Below are positions 47,623 through 58,350 of a stretch of DNA of 64,000 nt, one piece after another. The translations under genes were made by a program, and so were the position numbers. The stretch is from Scenedesmus sp. PABB004. Its lineage: Eukaryota. The notes under the pieces were generated by a model that did not search any database, was not told the origin of the DNA, and was given only the letters and a program-made list of their open reading frames with translations. The stretch covers positions 124,001-188,000 of the forward strand of contig JABVCE010000041.1 in NCBI GenBank assembly GCA_014905635.1, in the 5' to 3' direction. Within the stretch, counting starts at the first letter, position 1. Every line of letters begins with the position of its first letter.

Positions 47623-49324
47623 TTACGCCTCACGCTCCTTGGAGACCCAGTGGGACACCATGATCGAGTCGAACACGATCTGCCCGAGGTGCGCCAGCAC
47701 GCATGGCACGACCGCGGCGCCCACCGCCGCCTCGCCCAGCACTGGCGCGAGCTTGGCGCACACGGTCACCGCGACCGGCAGCGTCTTGACGGACGCGACC
47801 AGCAGCACTGCGCGCCGCACGTCCCGACCCGCGCGCCCCGGGCCGCCCAGCTGCAGCAGCCTGCGGGGGCGGCGGCGGGTGCCACACGCTCGGCGAGCGC
47901 CAGCGTGCGCAGGGCCGCCCGAGCGCGCGCGCCCGTCGCCGGCGCGCCTGGTGGCGGTCAAGTTCAGCGCAAGGAACGTTGCGTGGATTCCGATGCCGGC
48001 AGCAGCTGTGCACAGCAGGGCGGCCGCGTCGAGCGCGACTCGCTGGCTGACGGCCTTGCTGATCTGCATCCACGGCACCAGCGCCAGCAGCCCCGCGGCA
48101 ACGTACGAGAGCAGCCGCTTCCGCGCGTCGATCGCCTGCGCAGCGCCTGCCAGAGCAGCGCGCAGCGCGGGGCTCGGCGGTCAAATGCGCAGGCGACAGG
48201 CGTCGGCGCCGCATCGGCGCGGCGCCAGGCGTCGGTGCCGCGCGGCGCGGCGCAGCGCCGCCGCACCTGGCACGAAGCCTCGGATGGAGGCGCCCAGCAG
48301 CGTGGGCAGCAGGATGGTCTGGCACAGCTGCGCGAGGAGCGGCAGCGGCTCGAGCACGAGCCCCGCCGCGCCCGCGGCCTGCGCGGCGGGCGCCGCCGCG
48401 AGGACGTGGGGCAGCAGGAAGGGCATCGTGAAGATGCCGAGAATGTTTGACGCCACCGTCAGCAGCAGCGCGAGCGACACGTTGCCGCCCACTTGCTGCG
48501 CGCGGGCGGATGCGGGGCGCGGAAGGTGGGCGCGGGCGCCCGCGCGGGGCGGGGCGCGGCGCGCGCCGCCGACGCCCGGCGCCGCGCCTGCGTGAACGTG
48601 ACGCCGCTGGAGAGCGCGGTGGGCATGGAGCAGAACACGCCGAGGCCCAGCGCGAGCGTGGACGGCTGCAACGGCAGCCGCACGACCAGCAGCCCGAGCA
48701 GTGGCGTGAGGAGCAGGATTGAGAGCAGGCCGTACGCGATCGCGCCCCGCGCCGACAGCGCGGCCGCCGCCTCCTTGCGCCGCAGCTGCAGGCCCTGCGC
48801 GCGGCGCGGCGCGGCGCAGCGAAGGCCGTGCGCGGCCGCCGCGCGCCGCGGCGCGTGCGCCCGTCTGGCCGCGCCGCACGCGCCCTGTGCCGCACCTGCA
48901 CCACGAAGATGCCAAACGTCGTGATCGCTGGGACCTGCAGCCCCGCCGCCGCGACGCCCAGGCCCGGGCAGGCCGCGCCGAGCGCCATCGCGGTGAGCAG
49001 CGCAAGCGGCAGGAAGTGCGCCTGCGCAAAGGCCGCCACCGCGGCCGCCCAGCCAGCGACTGCTGCAGGAGGGCCCCCGGCTGCGCCGCCAGCCGCCGCA
49101 GCCGCGCGCCAGCAGCGCCGGAGCGCCGCAGCAGCGGCGCCCGCCCGCGCCGGCGCGGGCCACGGCGGCGCCGCGCGCGTGCCCGTCCGCGAGGCCTGCA
49201 GGCGCCATGCGCGGCAAAGCGCAGCGCCGGAGGCACGCCGCGGCGCGCACGGCGCCGCTGCTGCCGCCGGGCGCGCCGCCGCCGCTGGGCGCCCCGCCGA
49301 CAGGGCGCGTTGCGGGCTCGCCAT
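47623..49324 (-). CDS. BASS4: Plastid bile acid:sodium symporter family protein (BASS4-like)
   Basis: Transit-peptide-like N-terminus; HFLPLALL..., FGIFVVQ|GLQLR, FCSMPTALSSGVTFTQ|QVGGNVSLALLLTVASNILGIFTMPF, PWMQISK, VKTLPVAV, HLGQIVFDS. Confidence 0.85.
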
Positions 49325-49612
49325 GACGCGCATGTGAGTCGTTACGATCTCGGGAGGGCTGTTCTGGTCGGTGCGAAGGGGTCGCTCCACGCAGCAGCAG
49401 CAGCAGCAGCGCTGGCAAGAGCCGGTCAAACGATGGCGTCGCTTGGCTGCTCGAGCGCGGCCAGCTGCGCGCGCGCCGGCCGACTCGTCGGCCTGCCGAC
49501 GACGGCGCCGAGCCCTCACGGCCGCCGCCATTGCTGCTCACCGCTGGTGACGCGCCGCTGGGGGTCCAACGTGGCGGTCACAGGCCGCGGTGAGCGGCGC
49601 GCCGCCCGCCGC

Positions 49613-49642
49613 TCAGCGCGCGGCGCTGTCCAAGCGCGCCCG

Positions 49643-49729
<87 letters not shown>

Positions 49730-50398
49730 CTCGCCGCCGCCCTCGCCCTCGCCGCCGCCCTCGCCCTCGCCCTCGCCCTCGCCCTCGCCCTCGCCCTCGC
49801 CCTCGCCCTCGCCCTCGCCCTCGCCCTCGCCCTCGCCCTCGCCCTCGCCCTCGCCCTCGCCCTCGCCCTCGCCCTCGCGCTCGCTCGCCGCCGCCGCGGC
49901 GAGCGCGGCCACGTACGCGTGCTGCAGCCAGAGCAGCAGGGACCAAAACCCCAGCATCAGCGTCCAAAACTCCACCTGCTCGCTCAGCTGCGCCGCTCCA
50001 GTCGCGGCCTGCTCGCTCAGCTGGGCGGCTCGCTGCGCGCGGTTGCGGCGGCGTGTTGCCGCAGCGGCAGCTCCCACGGCCCGCCTCTGCTCTGCGATCG
50101 AACGCGTAACCAGGTGCGCCGGCAGCGGCTCGCCCGGGTGCTGCGGGCGCGCGGCGCGCGGCGCGGCGCGGCAGGGCTCGGCGCCGACCGCCTGCGGCAG
50201 CGGCGTGGCCGCCGCGCGCGCGCGCAGGGCGCAGCTCACGCTGCCGGCGTAGGCGGCGGCCAGCTCGGGCTTGCGGTCGCTGTACCACCGATCGGACACA
50301 GCGTCCACGGTCCTGTCGCGGCGGCGAGGGTGAGGCGGCAGGGTCGAGGGCAGCGTGTTAACAGCAGCCGCGGGCGCAAGAAGCTGCGGGGCGCGAGC

Positions 50399-50466
<68 letters not shown>

Positions 50467-52997
50467 AGCGGCGCCCACCTGTCGGCGAGGCCGGGCGGCA
50501 GGCCCCTGAGCGCGAGCGCGGTGCGGCCCATGGACGAGCCGGCGCCGTACTGGCTCTCCGCCAGGTCCGCCACCAGGTCGTCCTCGTCCTGGTCCCAGCA
50601 AGCGTCGACACCCAGCTTGGGGAACGCCGCGCTGAACTCGGCCTCCAGCTCGCGGCGCTGCTGGACGTCTGTGCACAGACGGCGACGAGAGCGCAGCGGG
50701 CTCAGCGGCGACGACGGGGCGGTGCCGCCCGACCCGCCCCGCGCAGCGCGCAGCACGCTGCGCGCAGCCCCGCGGCCCGGTGCTCACTCTCGGCCGTGAG
50801 CGGCGTGAGCAGCTCCGTGGCGGCGCGCACGGCCTCGGGTCCGATGCTGGCCAGGTCGAACAGGCTGCCCAGGCCGGGCAGGTAGCTGGCCACGCTCGCG
50901 CTGCTCAGCAGCAGCGGGGGCAGGCCGCTGGCGAGGAGCCCGTCCACGCGCGTGGGCGCGCAGAGCGCGACGTAGCCGCGGCGGGCCGCGGGCATGTCCT
51001 GCCAGAGGCCGACCGACGCGCGCTGCGGGAGGATGCGGGTGAGGTAGGCCTTCGGCCCGTTGGTGTCCTCCGCGCAGAGCGCGGCCAGCTGCGGCGGGCA
51101 GGGGCGCGGCGACGGCGGCGTCGGCGCTGCGGCGGCCGCACGCGCGCCCAGCACGCGCCCAGCACGCGCGTGCGCAGCGCGCCGCCGCCGCGGCCGGCAC
51201 GGCCCCCGCCCCACCGCCCCACGCACCAGGCCCGCGGGGCCGCCCTTCTCCCCGCTCATCCACTCGCCCACGCTGCGCCAGTGGTTGCGCAGCCACCCGC
51301 CCACGCCGGCCCAGATCGCGACAGCGCCGCGGCCTGGTGCGAAGGGAGGAGGGACGGGGGCGGGGCAGGGGGAGAGAGATGTTGACGCCAGGGGGGGGGG
51401 GGCTGCAGTGGGGCAGCAGCGCTGAGGCGGCGCCCGCGCGGCGCGCGCAGCGGCGCCCCCCGCCGCACCGCGCCAGAGGCAGTAGTCGCCGGGCGAGGTG
51501 ATCGCGGTCACCTCCCAGAACGCGGCGACCTGCAGCGCGTTGACCGGGTCCGTCGCGAGGCGCTGCAGCGTCATCACCTCGCCGAGCTGCATGTTGACGA
51601 AGCATGGGGCCGTCAGCAGCATCGACTTAAAGTCGTACCGCTGCAGCGGCGACTCGGCGCCGCCCCTGGCGGCAGACGGCGCGGCACGGCGCGACGCGTG
51701 TGGGCGCGCGGCGCAGCGCCCAGCGCGCGCAGCCGCCAGCAGCGGCGCAGCGTGGCCGCGCGTGCTGCCGCGCGCCGCGGCCGAGCGCCAACGCGCAGCG
51801 GCGCGGCGGCGGCGCGGTGACGCACTTGGACCTGGGGTCGAGGCGCACGACGACCGTGGCGGTCGTGAACACCTGCTCCGCCGCCGCCGCTGCCTCCATC
51901 TCGAGCGCGACAACCTGCGCCTCCGTGGCCGCCGGCAGCTGCGCCTGCAGCTGCGCGAGCGCCTGCCGCGCGGCAGCCAGGCGCCCGATCGGCTCCACAA
52001 ACTGGGACCAGCGCGGGCCGTTGATGCTGCCCCGCCTGGACTGACTGGCCTCGGCCAGGGCAACGCCCAGGGCAACGCCCGCGTCGCGCACCGCTGACAG
52101 CGCTGCTGCCAGCTGCTCCGCCGCCGCTGCGAGCACCGCGGCCTTTGCATGCTCGAAGTCCAGCGCGATCTTGAGCACGCGGAGCGTGTGGTCCTTTGTG
52201 AGCGCGAAGAGCACATCGCCATCCTGCTCGATGAGCAGGCGCTGCCGCTGCCAGATGATGCTGCGCAGCGGAGCGCCGCGGAGCGCCGGGCCGTCAGAGG
52301 GGGCCGGGCCGTCAGAGGGGGGCGGGTATCATGACGGGCGGTCCGGGGGGAGGAGGCGAAAGGGTGCCCCGCGGCCGTGCAGCGCGGCCGCGCAGGCGCC
52401 TGCGCCGCACGCCGCGGCGGCGGCCGCTCACCAGCGGAGCATGAACTCCCAGTCGCCCTCGCCACCGTCGGCCACGGTGACGCTGATGGGGAAGGGCTCG
52501 GCGCCGTCCTCAAACACCTCGCGCAGCATGCCCGCGCGGTCCTCGCGGTCCTTGCGCGCGTCGCCGCGCACGCGGCAGGAGGCGACGTTGGCCACGGCCT
52601 CAGAGCGGGCCGCCCAGGGGTGCTTGTAGAAGGGCAGGAACGACTCCTGGGCCAGCTGGGCGCGCGTGGCAGGGCGGAGGGCGAGCGTGAGGCGGGGGGC
52701 GCGCGCGCCGCGCGCGACGCGCGGCGGCGCGCGCAGCGGCGGCGCGCGCAGCGGCGACGCGCCCGCCCGCCGGCGCACCTCAAACTTCATCTGCGACGGG
52801 CAGGCGCTGCGCAGGCGCTCGAAGAAGCGCTCCAGCTTGCCGTTGCCGGGCAGCCGGTACGCCAGGTAGGCGTCCGCCAGCATCGCCAGCATGGCGTCGT
52901 CGCCCCGGCCGAAGGCGGCGACGACAAGCTCGTAGAGATCGCCGTCCGTGATGGCCACCCAGCAAAGGACCTGCCACTGCAGGGCGGTGAGCGCCAT
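49613..52997 (-). CDS. Hypothetical multi-exon protein with C-terminal hydrophobic helix and (EG)n/Gn tail; family not recognised
   Basis: A series of protein-like minus-strand exons with splice-like borders (MALTALQWQVLCW..., QRYDFKSMLLTAPCF..., GPKAYLTRILPQR..., EFWTLMLGFWSLLLWLQHAY). Exon joins are only partly resolved. Confidence 0.55.
49645..49877. repeat. Compound microsatellite (CCG)n followed by (CCCTCG)n
   Basis: Directly visible; reads as Gly and Glu-Gly runs on the minus strand. Confidence 0.95.
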
Positions 52998-54155
52998 GGC
53001 GGCGACGTCTGGCGGCGGTCGGGCGCGGCGACGGCGCGGCAGGTGCGGCGTGAGCCGGGCGCCACGCCGGGGCGGTCGCGGGGAGGGGACGGCGTGCAGG
53101 GTCTGCGACTAGCCCCCAGGCCAGGCCCGCAGCGGCGACGGGCGCGCCGCGGCGCTGCGTCGAGCGCGCGAAGCAGCGGCGGCGCCGGCGCCGCAGCGCG
53201 CCCCCCGACGCGCCAGCGCACCCTTGAGCCTAGACGCGGGGCCGGGCGCGTGCCCAAATGATCGGCAGGCGGCTGTGCGGCGGCTCGACGAGGCTCAAAG
53301 GTGGCGGCGGAGAGCGGAAGTGATCGCACCGGCCGCGACGGCGCTCGTGCGCCCTAGGAGCGCGCCTGGTTGCGCGGAGTGCTCTTCCAAAGCGCGATCG
53401 ACGCCGGGCTGCGCGGCGGGTGCTGCAAGGGCGGGTGCGTCCGCCAAACCGCAGCCCGCGCCGCGCCGGCCTCGCAGCGCCGGCACGCCCGCACGGGCCC
53501 AGCAGCAGCAGCAGCAGATCTGGCTGGTTGGCCAGCCGGCAGCTGGCCCCTGGCCCAGGAAAGCGCGCACCCAGGCGCCGCCGCCGCCCGGCAGCGCGCG
53601 CCGCCGCCGCCGCGCCGCGCGGTCACGCGTCCTGCGCCACCGCCCTGGAGTCAGGGGCGGCCATGTGACTGGCCCGCGTCACTGCTACCTGCAACCGTCA
53701 CTGCCGCCTGCCTCCGTGCGTCGGCCAGCCTGCGCCGTCGCGCCGTGCGCGGCCGCGCGGCCGACTGCGCGCGCGCGCGGCTGCGGCCAGGCTGCGCACG
53801 CGCGCGCGTCTTACACGGCGCGCAGCTGCTGCCTGGCCCGGCGGCGCGGCAACTCAATGCCCCGCCAGACTCGCCTGCCCGCCACCGCCAATGCGCGCCA
53901 CCGCAGCACGCCCTCTTCATGCCAGGCTGGCGCGCTGCGGCGTGACCGCCTTGCGCCGGTGGCTGCCCGTGCTGCGCACGCTGTGGTCGCTGTCGTTGCC
54001 GTCGCCGCTGCCGTCCGCGCCGCCGCGCCCGCCGCCGGCAGTCGGCGGCGTGGCGCTCGCGCTCGCGGGGTCAACCGCCGGCCACGCTGCGTCGGCCACG
54101 CGCCGGCGCCGCCTGCGCGCCCACTCCCAGCCCAGCCCAGGCGGGCGCAAGGCGC

Positions 54156-54650
54156 TCACTTCCAACCCATCTCGTGCAGCAGCATGCGCATCTCGCGCGG
54201 CAGCGGCGCCACGACGGTGACGGGCCGCTGGCGCGGGCGGAGCAGCACCACTTCGCGGCAGTGCAGCAGCAGCGGCGCGGCGCCGCCGTCTCCGCTGCCG
54301 CCGCCACGCTCCCCCGCCGCCGGGTCGGCGGCCGGCAGCTCCGCCTGGTCCTCGCCGCTGCCGTCGGCCGCCGCCAGCGCGGCGCCCCAGGCTGCGCCGG
54401 CGCCCCAGGCTGCGCCGGCGCCCGGCGAGGCAAAGCCGCCACGCACGCTCAAGCCGGACAGCGCTGACCCCAGCATCAGCCGTCCGCTCAAGCCCTGCGC
54501 GCGCGGCAGGTCGCTCGCCGCCGCGGCGGCCTCCAGCGCGTCCAGCAGACCCTCGCGGTGCTCTGCCAGGCCGGACGCGTTGTCCAGCGGCTTGGCGGCG
54601 GCGGCGGCGGCAGCGAACAGCAGCAGCGCGATCGCGGCCGTGCGGCGCAT
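54156..54650 (-). CDS. Short ORF with signal peptide; possibly chimeric or a gene fragment
   Basis: MRRTAAIALLLFAAAAAAAKP signal peptide. The end, LHCREVVL...VTVVAPLPREMRMLL, loosely resembles RluA-family pseudouridine synthase C-termini. Confidence 0.4.
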   Translation of the reverse strand: MRRTAAIALLLFAAAAAAAKPLDNASGLAEHREGLLDALEAAAAASDLPRAQGLSGRLMLGSALSGLSVRGGFASPGAGAAWGAGAAWGAALAAADGSGEDQAELPAADPAAGERGGGSGDGGAAPLLLHCREVVLLRPRQRPVTVVAPLPREMRMLLHEMGWK

Positions 54651-54741
54651 GGTGGCGACGCCTGGCGCGGGTTGGTGGCGACGCCTGGCGCGGGTTGGTG
54701 GCGACGCCTGGCGCGGGTTGGTGGCGACGCCTGGCGCGGTT
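54651..54741. repeat. 23-bp tandem repeat x4 (ggtggcgacgcctggcgcgggtt)
   Basis: Directly visible; abuts the ATG at 54650. Confidence 0.9.
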
Positions 54742-55048
54742 CGGCGCTATGAGCGATGCCCGGCTTGACCCGGCTCGCCGGCTCCCCGCGAGTGACCGGG
54801 CTCCCCCCGCCACTGGCTCCGGTCGCACCGCACGCAGACTTGCACGCTGCACGCAGCGCGCGCGACCGAGCTGCAGACCCTGGGCGCGGCCAGGCCGGCT
54901 GGGGAGCGCGGGAGCAGCTGCCCGAGCGCCGCGGCTCGCGCCAGCCCACGCACAGCTCGCAGAGCTCGCGATACTGATTCTGGAGCTTGTCGGTCACTGC
55001 GCCAGCCGCCCACGCCGCCCGGCACGCCGGACCGCCGCCCCTGCCAGC

Positions 55049-57980
55049 ATGGCTCTGGCGCCGCGCCGGGCTCTGGCGCTCCTGGCAGGCGTTCTGCTGT
55101 CGCTGCTCAGCAGCGGCGCGGCGGCACCGCAGGCGCCGTTCGTGGTGGAGTACGAGCCGAGCGCGGCCGCCGCCGTGCGCGGCGCGCTGCAGGCGCAGGG
55201 CTTCCGCGTGCTGCGCGACCACCGCGACTTCAACCGACTCGTCGTCGCGGCCGGCGCGGCAGCGGCCACCGCGTCCACGGCCAGCGGCGCGGCCGGCGCC
55301 GACCTGGAGGGCCAGCTCGCGGGCGTGCCGGGCGTGGCGGGCGTGGCGCGCGCCGGCGTGCGCAGCCTGTTCCCGCAGCCCGTCGTGGCGGCCAGCCCCG
55401 CGCCGGGCAACGCCAGCGAGCAGTGCAGCGCGGACGACGGCAAGCTCGGCCCCGACGCCGACCTCGCGCGCGAGGGCGAGGGCACGCCGTACGGCATCAA
55501 GCTGGTGCAGGCGGACGACCCGGTCATGGTTGACATCAGCCGGCGCCACGCGGGCAAGGTGCTCTTCTGCGTCATTGACACGTGAGCGTGGTGGCGGCGG
55601 CGGCCACGGCGGCGCGGGAAGGGGCGGTGGGGGCGCGGGGGTGGCGCGCGGGGAGCAAGGGGGCCCGGGGGCTGCCACGGCGTGCACTCGACCGCCCCCC
55701 CCCCCCCCCTGCTCTGCTCCTGCCCCGGTGCCCCGGCGCGCAGCGGGCTGGACCGCACCAACAAGGACTTCCCCGCGACCGTGTCGGGCTGCACCCCCGG
55801 CTACCCCAACGGCGACGTGACCGCGCCGTTCAACTACTGCTACCCCTGGGCCGAGGACAGCAACCGCCACGGCACCCACACCTCGGGTGGGCGCCACCGC
55901 CGCGCCACAGCAGCCGCGGCCGCGCCGGCCCCTAGGGTGCGCGCCACGGCTGACCGCGCCGCCCGCTGGCCGCGGAGCAGGCACAATCGGCGCGGTGCGC
56001 AACGGCGTGGGCGTGGTGGGCGTGTCTGCCGAGGGTGCAGCGATCTATCACTACAACTTCTTTGGCCCCAACAGTGAGCCCGCGCAGCGCAGCGCCGCGG
56101 CACCCCACCCGCTGCCGCCGCTCAACCCCCGCCACGGCCGCCGCCCGCCGCGCCTCCGTGCCCGCAGTGGACGCCAGCGACGACCTCGAGGTGGAGGCCT
56201 GGCGGCACTGCATCGCAGAGCTCGACGCGTGAGCCGCGCGGGCGGGCCGCACGACGCGCCCGCCCCCACGCGTGCGGACGGCGCCGGCGCCGGCGGCGGC
56301 GGCGGCAGCGCCCGCCCTCGGCGCTCAGACAGCCACGCGGGCCCGCGCTCCACCCCCCGCCCCGCGCGTGCCGCAGGCGCCGCGCGTCGAGCGGCGTGCC
56401 TGACATGAAGCTCGTCATCTCCATGAGCTACGGCAGCGCCGCGGACACCGAGTTCAGCCGCTCCGCGATCAAGGCCCTCGCGGCGGCGCGGCGCGACGTG
56501 CTGTGGGTCGCCGCGGCGGGCAACAGCGGCGACAACTCCACGCACTTCCCCGCGGGCTACGACGAGGTCATCAGCGTCGCCGCGGTCAACTGGGACGGCG
56601 CCGTCGCAGACTTTTCGACCTTCAACGCCGACGTGGAGCTCGCGGGGCCGGGCGTGATGACGCTGAGCACCATCCCCCTCGCCATGAGCAACGCGTCCGA
56701 GTACCACGCGCGGCCCTACGCCGCCGACGTGCTGTCCGTGTCGCCGCAGCTGCCCGCCGTGGCCAGCGACGGCGGGTTCTTCAACCGCCCCGCCGTGGCG
56801 CGCGTCGAGGGCGCGCCGGCGGGCACGCTCACCGCGGAGCTCGTGGCGTGCGGGCTCGCGCAGGAGCCGTGCGCCGGCGCGGCGGGCAAGGTCTGCCTCA
56901 TCCAGCGCGGCAACAACACCTTCTGCGACAAGGCGCGGCCCGCCCCGCGGCGGGCCAGGGCGCGCCGCCGCGCGGGCGTGGGGCCGCCGCGCCGGACCGA
57001 GCCGACCCGCGCCGCGGCCCCGTCCGCCGGCGCCGCGCGCAGGTGGTCAACTGCGCTGCCGGCGGCGGGGTGGGCGCCATCATCTACAACCGCGACGACG
57101 TGCCCGACTGCGAGCGCCTGGCGGGCGTGTCCCTCGGCCTCTGCGACGCCGACGCCCGCCCGCCTGCGGGCTGGCCGCTCGCGGTCACGGTGACCGCGCG
57201 GCAGGGCGCCGCACTGCGGGCCGCCATCGACGCGGGCACGGGGCCGGTCAGCGCCACGCTGCGCGTGACGGACGTGCCGCCGCAGCCGGAGATCGGGCTG
57301 GACCTGCTCAGCGGCACCAGCATGGTGCGCGCCCGCGCGCGCCCGGCAGCGACCCGCCGCCCAGCCGCCGCGGTCGGCCGGCCCCGCCACCGCCACCGCC
57401 GCCGCGCCGCACTGCCCGCTGGGGCCCGCAGGCCTGCCCCACCGTCGCTGGCGTGGCCGGCCTGGTCTGGAGCGCGCACACCGAGTGCAGCTCGGCCGAG
57501 ATCCGGCGCGCGCTGCAGGCCACGGCGTACAAGCCGGCCGGCCCGGCCGCCGGCGCGAGCGGCGCGGGCGAGCGCGACGAGCACTTCGGCTACGGCATCG
57601 TCCAGGCGCGCGCGGCGCACGAGTGGCTGCTCGCCAACCCCTGCGCCGCCGAGGGCGGCGTGCAGGTCGCGCTGCGCTTCACCACGGTCGGCGCGCCGGC
57701 GACCGGGGACGTGGCCAGCGCAATCGGCGTGCGCGTCGAGGTCACCGATGGCGCGACCGGCTCCCCGGTCGCCGGCCAGCGCGTGGCGCTGCTGGTCGAG
57801 CCCAGCCGCAAGGCCGTCGCGTGCCGGTCCTACGCGCTGACCACCAACACCGCCGGCGTGGCCACCACCAGCTGCACCCTGGCCGAACCGGCCTCGGCCA
57901 AGATTACGGCGCGCGCGGTCGGCGGCATCGCGCGCGGCGCGTCGGCAGTCGGCACCGTGCCCGCGGCGGCTGGGCGGTGA
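55049..57980 (+). CDS. Secreted S8 subtilisin-like serine protease with PA domain
   Basis: Signal peptide and prodomain; catalytic Asp CVIDT|G, His HGTHTSG|TIGA, oxyanion Asn AAAGNSG, Ser SGTSM|ACP; PA insert GKVCLIQRGNNTFCDK|VVNC...GAIIYN. Confidence 0.92.
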
Positions 57981-58350
57981 GAGCGAGCGTGAGCGCAGCC
58001 CTGCATAAGGGCGACGCTGATGGGCTGAATTGGGCGTGAGGGAGTGGGGCGCTGGCCGGTGCTGTGCAAGCACCTGGGCAGTGCGGCGAGTGCGGCGAGT
58101 GCGCACCGCGTCGCACGAGCAGCGGGCGGCCGTCACGACGGGTGACCCACCTCCTCCTCCCGCTGCTCGTCGCCCGACGCGCTTCCCGAGCTCCGCCGCG
58201 ATCGACTCCGTGCGCGCCGGCGCAGCCCGACCCCGCTCGGGCGCTGCAGGGAGCGAAACTGCCAGCAACCGCTGCCGCCGTCCTCGCCAGCTGGCGCGCG
58301 GGCGGTGCCAGCGATGCTGGCTCTGGAGCCAGTAGAGTAGCTGAAACGCC

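Noticed and set aside
49590..50252. Plus-strand P(n)-(SP)n ORF resembling an HRGP
   Set aside because: No signal peptide or ATG context, and it is antisense to a plausible terminal exon. Best explained as a microsatellite.
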